From Lama guanicoe (Eukaryota), in NCBI GenBank assembly GCA_013239625.1, contig MU054323.1, positions 11,677,815-11,741,814 on the forward strand: a DNA stretch of 64,000 bases, read 5' to 3'. A program made the translations under genes and the position numbers. The notes below the pieces were generated by a model that worked only from the letters and a program-made list of their open reading frames with translations, ran no database searches and was not told the DNA's origin. This document shows positions 48,916-61,649 of the stretch, one piece after another; position 1 is the first letter of the stretch; the number at the start of each line of letters is the position of its first letter.

Positions 48916-51900
48916 TCTCCAGGGTAATTCGAGAACACCTGGTGAAAAGTGCTGGCTTGGTGGCTGAGACATAGTAGGTACACAATGTTGGTCACTCCCT
49001 CCTCTGCCTAAGGAAGGCAGCGATGGGAAGTCGGCGATCCATCTAGAATGGTGTGCTACCCACCAGATGGATGCCTGTGTGTTCCATTATTCCTCCATCC
49101 CAGGAATCTGATTATTTTTAAAAAGCATCCACAGGGGAGCAAGCAATCACCCTCACCACACGAGGAGACAGCACTTTAGAAAGTGGAAGGCAGTTTCTGC
49201 ATTCACGATCTCGTTTTGTCCTCCCTAAGACCCTATGGGGAGGAGGGAAGGTGAGGTTTCTGAAAGGTTACTGGCTTGTCTGAGGTCGTCCAGGTGGACT
49301 GAGGCAGAGCTCAAAGCAGAGCTCAGTCTCCTGGGCCCTCCAGTGCACACATACAAGGCAGGGGGACTGATACAGGGAGGGGATAGCTCCTGGCCAGAGC
49401 CCGAGTTGCCTCCTCCACTCCGCCCACCCCAGCTCCGCAGCCAATGAGACCCTTTGTATGGACAACAGGAGGTGGGTGGGCTTTAGGGCCACGGCATGCT
49501 GGGTGCTTCCCTTGACAGCCACTGCCCAGTGGAGGCTAGTACTGCCCCCACTAGGAGAGAGCCAGTCTGTATCAACAAAGCTCAGACCTTTCTGGTTCAT
49601 CAAAGCCAAAAGAACATTGTGTCTGGAAGGACCTATTGACCAGGCTCTGACCTGGACCATGCAGGCTGCAGCCCTGGGGCTGGCATCATCACCGAGAATG
49701 AGATGTTCATTCATGTGTAACTGACACTTGTGGCCGTGCAAGTATCTGAAGCTGCCTGGGTACCACCCACCCATTGTTGACCAGGATGCTCCTCTGCACT
49801 TGGAAGGCCCCGGGCAGGCACTGCAGACAGCAGTGCAGGCGCTCAGCCCACGGATGGCAGGTAAGGGGGGCGGCTCGCCCGCGAGCACATTCATCTCAGG
49901 CACCACGCGATCTTATCTGGTAATTGATCTCTCCCTTTCTCTCTCTCTCTCTCTGTTATCTCCTTTTGAAACAGCATTCTCCTGCTAATAGCACAAAATG
50001 AAGCATTGGAAACCAGTGATTTTTATCCAATAATTGATTTTATTAATGTCCTGTGATACTGTTGCTACATGGGGGAATGTGAGGGGGTAGGAAACCTGCA
50101 GCCTGGGCTGTGCCATGTCCCAGCCCGACAGCTGTCACCTGTGCCTGGAACATGACCTCGGGGCCACTCTGACATCCCATTCTTTTGGGAAGGGTTAGAG
50201 GGTCGTGAACTGTCTTCTGCTGGCTGGCACCCAGTTGAATTCACTGCAATTCTCAAAATAAGTTGTGAGCCCTCACGGTGCTGTGGGTTAAGGAGGGGAG
50301 ATGTGGAGATGGAAGGCAGAGAGACGGGAATGAAGACACCTCCAAAAGAGGAGAAAGGAAAATGGGAACAGCTTCCCAGAAGAAGCATCAAATGAGTTAG
50401 GGCTTGAAAGATGAGCCGGGATTTTGCTCTGCTTAAGAAGAGATGCAGAAAGAAAGCACATGTGCAGTGAAGGTCCAGATCAAAGGCCGAATGGCTCAGG
50501 GATGGGGAGGCCAGGGTGTGGACTGCGAAGAGAGCACGAATGAAAGAAAACCCTGGAATGCAGCTGGTCCCATAGGAAGCAGGTCAGGGGAGACTGTCTG
50601 TAGCTGCTTGTGTAGGATGGAAGTGGAAGGAAGAGAACTTTGTGAAGAGACCAGTAGGGAGGTGACCTCGGTCCTTTAACTGGGTGGGAGGGGAAGCCTG
50701 CTGGGGCCCGGGGGGATGGTTCCATCCATCAGCTGGAGAAGCAGTTGGGGGGGCCGGCACCACGGAGAGGCATCAGAGCTAAGAGAGAGGGCACACAACC
50801 AACCTCTTGGCCTCATCCCAACCCCTACTCTTCACACCAGACGGGGCTCAGGGCCAAAGGGGCACCAGGCAGGATGGTATGCTTGGCCTGGCAATCGCCA
50901 CCCTTAGAGAAGCTAAGCACCCCTGTCATCCATGGAGATGGTGCCACAAGAACTCAGCTAGCTTCCAGAGAGCCTCGAGCCAGAGCAGCAGCCAGGCTGG
51001 CAAGAGAAACTGTCTGAATTGTCAGTGGAGGGCATCCTTGGAGGAGACTGCTCCCTCAGAGGGTCTCGTGTGCAGAGCTGGTGCCACTGGGCGGATCTCC
51101 CTGCACTGTGAGCTTGCTGTTCCGATAATGATATCTGGATGTATTAGACAATGGTAAAGCTGTGTTTAAAATAACACTACCATTTGAATAGTAATTTCTG
51201 TTTTACAAAGCAGCTTGCAGGTATTGTCACAGAATCTGCAACAACCCCCATTTGGACAGAGCGGGATCTGCTTAAAGAGGGAAGAGGGAGTGCCCATGCT
51301 GGACAGCTAGTAAGAGAAGGGACCACCCATTGAATCTCCCCAGAGCCTCCCACCATCTGTTATCGGATTGTTCCATTTATCACAGACAGAATAAGGGATG
51401 TCCTCTCTGCCGAGGGCGAGAGGCCAGAGAAAGAACCCCCTGAGGAGTGGAGTGGGGGTTGTCCCTGCAGGAAGGGCCAGCCACTGCAGCCCTGACTGAC
51501 CCCAGAACAGAGTGACCACGGTCCTTCCGGGATTTCTGAAGGGACACTGACTTCACCAGAGACTTCCAGTCTTAATTTGGAGTTAGCTTCCAAGCTCTTC
51601 AATTCATCAGTACCCACATGCAGCTTCTAAGGGCCCAGAGCACAGTACACTGTACTCCTGCTTTGGATTTGTTGCTTCTTGGCTCGTGTGAGCATCCAGG
51701 AAACCTGAACGTGCATTCTCACCTTCACAAACCTTCCGAGCATGGGAAGTGAGGCTCTTCTCCAAAACGAGAACACAGAGCCAGGAGACCCGCCAAGGGC
51801 CCACTCCCACGGGGCCGCCAAGCTGCCCCTGCTTGGCTTTCTGACCAGAATTTATTCAGTCTAGATTGGATGTGTTTCAAAAGATGAGTATGATGCCACA

Positions 51901-52399
51901 GACAAAAACAAAGACGATCTTTTAAATAGAAAATATCTGATTAAGTTGGCTAAGCCCCTGGCTAAGACCCACGCTTAAATACTTTGGCACTGAAAACCAA
52001 AGCTCAAAAGCACATCTGTTAAGTTGCTTCATTTCTTTCCTCCCACCACGCTTCCTAATGTGAGAAATCCTGAATCCCTAGTCCTCCATCCTCCCCTGGA
52101 CTGTTTTCTCTCACTTTAATGTCAAGCTGATCATTCGGTTCAGGAATCACGGGTGTAGCCCTGCCTTCTGTTAGGGTTTGAAGCTGCCTCTATTTTCCAC
52201 TAATGTTTCTGTCTCCCTCCCTTCCTTCCCCAGCTTGCTACTACTGGATCTCTCTGACTCAATCCTCTTCCTTTTCACTTTAAAATGAGAAGATCTCTAG
52301 CCCTTGATAAAGCGTCCGTCCTCCTCTGAACCGCGCCTCATCCTGAAGTGAACGTCTCAGACTCACCCACTACAAACAGCTAACAGCTTGAGGGGGCAC

Positions 52400-52600
52400 C
52401 TATCCCAATGTCCCCAATATTTACATGTAATCCCCACAATAAGAGATACCAACATCACCATTTCCATTACAGCTGGGGAAACTGAAGCACAGAGAGGTTG
52501 AGTAACTTTCCCAATGTCACACAGGGAGTGAGTCCTAGAGCCAGGCTTGGAGCCTAGGTAGCCTAGCTCCAGCTCCCATGCTTTCAACCATTTGGTGACT
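52400..52600 (-). mobile_element. MIR SINE
   Basis: ccattacagctggggaaactgaagcacagagaggttgagtaactttcccaatgtcacacag...gagccaggcttggagcctagg...gctttcaacca. Confidence 0.85.
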
Positions 52601-54569
52601 CTGCCTTGCCACAGCCTCAATGCCATTTCTTGGATCATCTTTGAATACTATCTCTGTGTTTCCCACCATTTTTCTCAGGCCAGTTCATTACTAGGGTCTG
52701 TCTCTATGAATGGATGACTTTCACCTTTCCTCTCCTTCCACCTTCCCCCCACCTGCTCTTCACTCCCCTTTCTGGACAGTCATTCTCCCCCCAGCAGCGG
52801 GCTTGGGCTTGATCCTGACAGCCAGGGCAAGGAAAGGGAAACTCTGTAGGCAGATTCCCACAGGGAGGTGGGAATGTGACAGGTTAACACACAGGATAAG
52901 GTCATAATTGAAAAAAAATGATCAAACTTACTATTTAAAGATGATATAATTTATAATTCATCTATCCAGCCAATGTTTGAAACTCCAGCGTTAACAGTCC
53001 ACTGTGCAGTGGACATACCTTCTGGGTCCAGCCAGGGCCACAGAGGTCCCAAGAAGCCCACTCCAAGCTTCAGAGGACCATAAATCCTAGAAGTTTTCTT
53101 CTAATATTGAACCAGAATATGCCTCCTGGGAATATTTCCCTTTGGGGGCTGGCTTTATGCCTGGGCATATTTGATACAAATCTGAGCTTTCTTTCTCATA
53201 CCCTTCAGACATCCAGTGGCAATTATTGTGTCCCCCAAGTCTTCCAGCCCCCAACCCCCAGTTTCATCGTATCAAACTTGCAACTCAGAAAAAAATGACA
53301 CAGAGGAGAGCAAAGCATCCACCAAGTCCAGGAGAACAAGATTAAATGAAGTCAGGTGGGGCTCATCACAGAACTCAAACACTGGATGGAAAACCCTTCC
53401 ATACGTGCTGAACGAGAAGGAAGTCATTGCCCACAATAGAGTCTAACTTTTATATCCAGGTTTCCCGAATGGAAGCTGTTCTATGAAAGTGCTGTGCCTC
53501 TATCATGCCTGCCGTTTAATGGGCACACGAAACTACCCATCCCGGCTCCCCGTGCCAGGGCCTAAGTGGGAAGGAGTGATGGAGGGGTACCCCCAAATGC
53601 TCTCTCACCCTTACAAACCAAATATACAACAGAAAATGGCATTCCCAGTCTCCAAATGAGGAATCCCCAATCTCCAACTGTGGCACTGGGAGGATAAACA
53701 ATTGGCCCAAGTTCACCCAACTGAGAAGTGCGTCTCAAAGCCCGTAGACTCAGTTTCTACACCAGCTGTACAGCCTGGGTGTCTAATCTCCACGCATCTC
53801 ATCCTCCAGGACTGCAGCCACTAGGTTCCCAGCACCACCCGGAGTGCTCCTGCCTCCCCTCTGCTGGGGGCTTCTGTTTCCAGCACCATGGCAGACCAGA
53901 TACTTGTGAGGACTTTCATGCTAAAACTACAGCCAGATCCTGCATAAATCCCAATGGTTTTTAATGCATTGCTGGGCTTTCTATTAGGAAAATCTTCACC
54001 ATGAGAGAAGGGGTAAGGCCAGGGAAGAATACAGGGTGCTGAAGCCAGAGCTGGGGTAGTTGAAAGATGAGTAAAGACAACATGTGAGGCTGCCCTGAGG
54101 GCAAAGGTCATTGAGAAAGGAAAGCCTGATTCTTAAAAGGTAGAGAAATTGATCTGAGTCTTCCAGAATTAAGGCCAAGAAGGGAGACTAAATGGTCTCA
54201 GATTAGCTGTAACCTGGCTCCCAGCAGAGGCAATCAATCCCATCTGGCAGAAAGCATCTCCAGGTAGACCCTCAGGATTCCCACATAGCTCGCCAAAAGA
54301 TGAAATTGCAATAAAAAGTGATCGGGCACACAAGGGAACGAGTCACTATAAGGGAGAGTCAGTGGAAACTATGAACGACATATGCTGATCTGCCGAGAAA
54401 TTCAGACACAGGAATGACAGATACAAAATTAAGCATATGTAGGTTAAAATGTGGAATAAAAAATGAGCAAAGAACAAAAGAAGAACTGAGCACAATTTTT
54501 AGAAACAAAAAAAGCAGAATCACAATAAAAAGTCAAATCAAATAGGCCAAACTGAAATGTTTACAATCT

Positions 54570-54755
54570 TCAAAGCATTTTCAGTGGAACATCTCATTTA
54601 TATTACCCCTAGGCAGCCGGCAGCCCAGGTAGGTTGCTCCCATTCTTCAGATGGGAAACTGAGGCTCGAGAAAGGAAAGGAGCTTGCTCAAGACCACATA
54701 GGTAGTGAGTTCACGACTGAGACTCTAACCCAGGACTCCAGACCTCCAAGCTTGT
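54570..54755 (-). mobile_element. MIR SINE
   Basis: cccattcttcagatgggaaactgaggctcgagaaaggaaaggagcttgctcaagaccacataggtagtgagt. Confidence 0.8.
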
Positions 54756-55182
54756 GTTCCTTCCCCATCAACAGGACCACTTGGCTCCCCCTGCTGGACA
54801 GTTACAGGAAGATGTACAAGGATTTGCTCACCCTTGTGCCTCGTACTTGTATCTGTACTTGCACTATGGTCCACTCAGATGGGAAATGACTTTTTTATCC
54901 AAGGGCCAGTCAAGAGAGGGAAGAGGACAGCATAGCCCCTCATCACACTAACACTGCTATGCAAGTCCCGCCTAGTGGTCTGGGAGAGGAGTGACTCTTG
55001 GTAACAGACTCCCCGCAGCGAGCAGGACCAACTCAAACAGCGAGGGAGGGGAACGCCAGCGCTTCACTCACCCAACTGGGCTCACGACAAAGGAAAGAGC
55101 TGCAAAATCCTCTTCCCTCATCCAGGGACAAGCACATCAATTATGGGTTATTAGATAAGATCTCCATTTTAATATTTCCACC

Positions 55183-55362
55183 NNNNNNNNNNNNNNNNNN
55201 NNNNNNNNNNNNNNNNNNNNNNNNNNNNNNNNNNNNNNNNNNNNNNNNNNNNNNNNNNNNNNNNNNNNNNNNNNNNNNNNNNNNNNNNNNNNNNNNNNNN
55301 NNNNNNNNNNNNNNNNNNNNNNNNNNNNNNNNNNNNNNNNNNNNNNNNNNNNNNNNNNNNNN
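55183..55362. other. Assembly gap (180 N)
   Basis: Run of N. Confidence 1.
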
Positions 55363-58300
55363 TCTCCTTCTCTTTAGTATTCATTTTATCTCGGGTGCTG
55401 GTAATAAATTTAAATTTTCCTCAGAATTAGGCAATTGCTCCTTCAATGTTGTAGTTTAATGGTTAGTATTAATTATATGAAAGTCACTCTTTAAAGAATT
55501 TGATAGATGGAATGGACATATAATAGAGGAGGAAAGGGCTATTTCTCAGACCAAATGAGGTAGCAGGTAATTCGGCGGGGATGAGTTTATTCTTCTCTTC
55601 TACCTCCTTCCGTCTCTCTCCCCCACTTTCCTTCTCACCCCCACTCCCTCAAGAGCCAGGTGCCTAGAAGATAGGTCTGACAGCCTGGACGCCACACCTA
55701 GACCCTCTCTATTACTAGCTTTAGTCTCGTTTAGTCTGTGACAAGAGCCACCCCTGCCCCAGCTCTCTCCTCCCTGCCGCTGCCCCAATAAACATACTCA
55801 TCACCTATTTCCCAGTTGCCTACCATGTGCAAAATACAGCTTTGGGGGATGCTTCGAGCTTCCTGGAAGAAGAGAATTTCTGATAATTATTATAATTGCC
55901 TGAAAACTCCAACTGTGAAATATAATGTGATTAACTGAATGGACAGAAGCCCAGCTTTTGTTTCTGGAATAGAAAATAGAAAAGAATCCCATGCAATTTG
56001 AGCCTTATATGGAGATTAATTTGCTTACTAATTAGCCTGAGAGGGAGGTGCCAGGGAAGTATAAATCGGCATGACTGGGGAAGCAGGTCTGGTCCCCCTG
56101 CACGTGCCGGGGTGAGAGAGCTCTCATGCTACGTGTCTGCTCCCTTCCTACCCAACCCCGTCTACAGTCCACCACCAAAGACCAAACCCAGAGCTCCTTC
56201 ATGGCTTGTTGTTTGCTTGAAGAACACCTCCCAGTTGCTGGTGGGCATGAGGGTGGAGAGAGAGCCAGCCCCCACCTCCACAATTGATTTCTGTATCCTC
56301 TTTGTGTTGAAAGACTTGAGCAGGAAACTAATCATGGGAACACGAGGAGCCTCTGTTCCTTCTAGCTCTGGAGCCACAGAGCAAGATGTGGGCGGTGGGG
56401 GGCAGGGAGAGTAAGCACATGGGGCTCAGGAGCAAGAGGACTTGGTGGACTGCATGGTGGCACAAGGAGGGTGGTTGTGCCTGTCACCAGGAGGCCGATG
56501 CTGGAGGACAGCACACACTAAGAGCCTGAGCCAGTGCTCAAGAGAGACCAAGGACAGGGCCTGGACCCAGGGAGAAAGGACTGGAAGTGGGCTGGACAGA
56601 ACCAGATCCTGAAACACATTGTCTCTGGTATAGATGGCTGAGTTGTCTTGGGCAGAGTCACCTCATCAAACTGAGGGCAGGTCTGCCAGGGTCAGGCTGC
56701 AGCCGTCTCCCAGGGCAGGGGTGCAGGAGATGAGGAGGCCAGCTCCTCCTGGGGTGGCCCAACAGCTTGGTCCAAGCAGCCTCCAGCAGGACAGAGATGG
56801 GGCCTCGTGGTCAGAGCCTCACTCACTAGAGGCCACTTCTAGAAGGTAAAGAAAGCCCCACGAAAAACAAGGTATGGACTTCCCAGTGACAGAAGAGGTC
56901 TCCCTCTTCACCTGTACAAGGCTGAGAAATATCTGAAGACATCATCAGAAATCTCATTAGCCTCATGGGACAGCTGTGGTGACAAGCGATTTTCAAGGGG
57001 CTGAACTGAACCAAGGTGTGAAGCAGGGGTCACAAACGAACATGCCTTCAGAGTCACCGAGAACAGAAATGTGAGTAAAGACCTGGCAGGCACCGCACAA
57101 CATCTACCTAGTGACACTGCCTTAAACTTCCCCTTTGGGTGAAACAAAATATGCCCATGGGGTGAATTTAGCATGCAGGCCAACCCAGTGGTGACCTGGG
57201 GACAGTGGCGGAATAAAAGGAAGAGGGTAAAGAAAGATAAAGGCGGGAAGAAAGAAACGAAGGGAAAAGTGTTCATCGACTTTTGTGATGTCTCTTCTCC
57301 TTCAAGGGGGCCCTTGCACATTTCAAGCCAATTTCACCTGAACAGAAATGCAGCCACAAAGAGTGTTGGTGTGTGGGAAGATGGAGATGGGCAGAGAAGG
57401 GGATTCACACACCACAGATGATTCTGTAATTCCTCTCGACCGTCCCATCAATGCCTTAAGAGAATGGGGGTCGGGAAAGCCGGCCCCGAGCCCGGCTCTG
57501 CTCTGCATATCCTTTCAATCTCTGGTGGTCGGTTTCTTCTGCCATCCAGCGCATCATACTAATCTTTACCCCACACAACTTTACAGGCCCGGATTAAGCC
57601 TCAGGACTGAGATAAGACAGGAAAAATTGCTTGGTCAAACATCATGCATATGTAACACATTATTGTCAACATTGCTGTGGTTACTATTATTCCTTTTGGG
57701 GACTGAATGCTAATAGAAAATGTACAATTTTACAATTTACAGTCAGCGAGTTTACGGTCAGCTTCTTCCTTCCCTGTGGCAGAAATGTGGACTCTGACTA
57801 CATCCTCAGGTGAGTCGGTGAGTGGATGCACCTCCTTGCTGACCCACTGTGACGAAAGCAATAGGTCATTATCAGTGCTGGTGTTTCCTGGGACTCGAAC
57901 ATCCAGAGGGAGGGCTCTTCCCTCCAAAGGCTCCATCTCAGATTTGTGTTTGAGCACAGGGCCATGAGAATGACACAACCAGAACACTACTTGTAAAAAA
58001 TGTAATACGTAAGATTATCTATTGCCAGCTTGGAAGGCTAGAATTGAGCTCTGTGTGGCCTCTGTGCTAACTCCCTTTTCACGTGGGTGGAGGGCAGGCC
58101 TGAGGCAGGCACAGAAGCTGTGCTAGGTGATTCTCGGGGGAAGACCTGGTGATCTCAAGGATGAGGTCAGAAGCCTGAACCTGCTCGAGCCCCCAAGACT
58201 CCCATATGGCCAAGGAGCCTGGGTGTCAGCGCTCCCCGCTGGCCCCTCTCCTCCTCCAGACTCTTCAGACCCAGAGGGTCTTTTCTGTGCCTGCTGAGAC

Positions 58301-58539
58301 TTGGCTTCCCAGGGCTAGATGGCCGGTCCTACAGCAATCCTCACAGGGAATCCTCACAGGGATGTATTCAGCAAGGTTTGCAGCACCCCCAAATCTCCCT
58401 CTAGGTTCTTCTCAGGCAAAGGTGACCTTGGAGAACGCAAGATGGACATGGCTGTGGGAAGTCAGGGAAAAGGACCAACTTGAATAGGTCACCAATTTGC
58501 ACACTGGACACAGCAGTCCAGCAGCAACCACAACCAGTA

Positions 58540-58740
58540 GTTTTGTAGCACTTCTTGTGTGCCAGGCTCCATCCTAAAAAAAACGACTCATTGAATACTC
58601 AGAACAAACCTGCAGCAAGTGCTATTACGAACCGCATTTTACTGAAGGCAAAACTGAGGTTCGAGGACTAAAGGGACCTGGCCAAGGTCACACAACTAGT
58701 AAGCGTAGGTGTGGGGATTAAGCCTAGGCAGGTAGGCTCC
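58540..58740 (-). mobile_element. MIR SINE
   Basis: agcacttcttgtgtgccagg...gcattttactgaaggcaaaactgaggttc...cctggccaaggtcacacaactagtaag. Confidence 0.8.
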
Positions 58741-59728
58741 ATCACATCCTTTACCAGGACCTGCAAGGGCAGAGGGTCGTTAGTGGAGTGAGGCTTTCAA
58801 AGTCAGTGCCTGCCTGAGATGGCAGGGGAGGCAGCACCCACCTGGAGCCCTATCATATTCTTTCTGCTGAGGCGATCCTGGAAACACCTCCCCTAATCCA
58901 CAGGTCAAAAGGCACTAAACTGGATTTTCTGGCTAGAAAGAGAGTTTCAGAGTCATGTCCCTCACTAAGCCCTGTCATTCATTCCCTAAAGGTGACATTA
59001 GCAAGACACCTCAAGCTCTTGGCTGGGGAGAATTTGTTCCTCTCTTCTGCGCCTCTGAGGTGGGGGCTAGATCTCCCCAGATAGGTGTGCAGTGCGGGCC
59101 CAGAGCTCACTCATTTCCTATCCGCTCTGTAAATAAGGTGACATCCAGATATCCTCTAGCTCCCTCAAAACTAGGTCAGCTGCTGAATATGGAGGTGTGG
59201 GGCCAGCGTGAACAACTGTGAAAGGACTTTATCTCCCAGGACTCCATGGAGGCCGCTGGCTGGCTTTTAGTGAAAAAGGCTCTTTTTATGTCAAAAGCAG
59301 GCGTCATGGCTGCTGAATCTGGGTGGGGGTGGGACGCCTGCCTTGCTGAATTAAGGGCAAACTCAGTGCTGCACACGACACAGCAAGTGATAATGGCAGA
59401 GGGTCGAAAAACTGGGAGAAATCCTTATGAGCTTGTCCCAAATACACACCATCTTTACAGCCTCTTGCGAGGCTTGTCTGCAGACCTTGCATGAACTATA
59501 AAGAAGGGATTCTAATGCCCTAGCTCATGCAAACAAGATCCACTGGGGCATCCCTCTTGCCTCACGAAGCACATTCATTGCTTCCCAAATGACATGCTCA
59601 TCACCAACCATTCTTGGCCACCCCTTAAAGCCCTACGTGTGGCCCGATCCTTTCTGCAGTGCAGGTTAATTCTGAACTGTGAGAGCTATGGGAAGTGCCA
59701 GAGTGATGCTTAAAACCGCTCCTATACT

Positions 59729-60194
59729 CAATACTACTCAGCCATAAAAAAGGATAAAATAATGCCATTTGCAGCAACATGGATGGACCTGGAGATTGTC
59801 ATACTAAGTGAAGCAAGCCAGAAAGAGAAAGACATATACCATATATCACTTATATGTGCAATTTAAAAAATGACACAAATGAACATATTTACAGAACAGA
59901 AACAGACTCACAGACCTAGAAAACAAACTTGTGGCACCAGAGTGGGAACAGGGTGAGGGGGGATAAATCGGGAGTTGGGGATTTGTGGATACAAACTACT
60001 ATATATAAAATAGATACACAGCAAGGTCCTACTGTATGTAGCACAGGGAACTGTATTCAATACCTTGTAATAGCCTATAATGACAAAGAATATGAAAAGG
60101 AACATATATATGAATGCAGAACTGAATCACTATGCTGTACACCAGAAATTAACACACTGTAAACCGACTATATTTCAATTTAAAAAAATGTAAA
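59729..60194 (+). mobile_element. 5'-truncated cetartiodactyl/camelid-type L1 (ORF2 end, 3'UTR and polyA)
   Basis: Encodes YYSAIKKDKIMPFAATWMDLEIVILSEASQKEKD (L1 ORF2 C-terminus). 3'UTR has gcacagggaactgtattcaataccttgtaatagcctataatg and actgaatcactatgctgtacaccagaaattaacaca, then an A tail. Degenerate 17-bp TSD at 59712-59728 / 60195-60211 (3 mismatches). Confidence 0.92.
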
Positions 60195-61649
60195 AAAACC
60201 TCCCCTACACTAATTCCACATCTTTTCATCCACAGTGGTCTTTTTTGCTTCCTCGGAATAAAGCGTACTCTCACTTTAACCGCAAATGAGATTCCTTGGG
60301 AGTCCGATTTGCAATTTGAATACACTGGGAAGAGAATAATCACTTGGCCAGATCTGCTCTTGCTTATGTTTACTTCATAAGAGCACTCACTACAAGATTC
60401 CTGTAAGAAATCCATTTCCTTAGTGTATTAAAGTTAGAGTCTGATGACAACGAAAATTCAGTATCACCACTTTTCCAGAGCGCTATTCCAGGAATGAGGT
60501 TATAAGTGTCAGTCCTATTACCCCATGCCTCTCAATCCACTTAGGTTCTCAGGCTGGTCTCACAGTAGCAGGGATCCAGGCCCACTGGCCCACAGCCCCT
60601 GGACAGGACATTCCTTCCAGAAATGCCTTATGCCGTGAGAGTAACCCGGTTAAGTCTCTGATCTCTTCCCAAAAGGAGAGAGTCAAGGCCAATGGCATGA
60701 ATCCAACCCTCAGGTTTTTCAACACCCGTCGCTTTCCGCAGTTTCCCAAGGACCAGATTCTCTCCAAGGGCTCTTCCGTCATGAGGACCGGGCGTGGCAT
60801 CCTCTTGTCTCATTCGCTAAGTGGCTCAGTGCAGGGGTCCCCCTGGCCTGGCTGTCTTCAGCTCCATCAAAGAGCCTCTCCCAGCACATGAAACGTTAAG
60901 GCTTTCCAGGCAGCGAAGACTGCACCTTCTTATCTGCTTCTGAAAGCAAGGCTGGGGAACATGGCAGCCGAGTCAGGCTGTGGTGGGGGAGGGGGCGCGG
61001 TGTGTAGAGAAAGTGGGTCATTAGAGGTAAAGACTACAATTTTCACGCGGTTGTTAATGCTTTGTTTATATGGATTTCTCCAAATGTGACATTTTAATGG
61101 CATCGTAATTGTGTGATTACAGTGCAGCCGACACCGCTCGGGGAGGAAAGGCGACAGGGACTCTGGCGACCTGCTGGGGGAGGCGGCTCCCTGCACTAGC
61201 AGCCAAGGGGACTGTCTCGGTCCTGCTCAGGCCAGGATGCCTGACGAGCATGCGAAGCGGCCCCCAGAGGGCCCCCTGCTAAACAGGAGCCATTGGCTTC
61301 CCAGAAGCTTGCACCCAGCCTGGCCCTGGCCCTCGGACAAAATCAGTGCTCAGGGCTGCAGGAGGGAGATGCGGGGAGTGATACCTTGCCCTGGAGACTA
61401 CCCATCACAGCTGCCCTTGTCATTCACTTCTTCATTCATTTCATTATTTCTTGGGTTCTTAGTGTAATCGGAGGGAAAAGGTAACAAGTATTCAGAAATA
61501 CGAGAACAAATTAAGAAGGAGAGAGTGGCAAGGAAAAGGATCCCTCATTGATTGGGTGCCCACTGGGTGCCCAGCATTGAGCCAGGATCTGGCACATTCC
61601 TCTTCCTCGGTCTCTCAGCAACTTCTGCCCCCCGGGGAGGCTCCCATCG

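Noticed and set aside
49268-49906. 212-aa minus-strand ORF near exon 2
   Set aside because: Non-ATG start, and no resemblance to the GALNT14 N-terminal transmembrane exon or any protein I recognise.
54998-55459. ORFs spanning the N run
   Set aside because: Artefacts of translating through the gap.
58336-58361. 13-bp tandem duplication (aatcctcacaggg x2)
   Set aside because: Ordinary slippage-type micro-duplication with no evidence of function.
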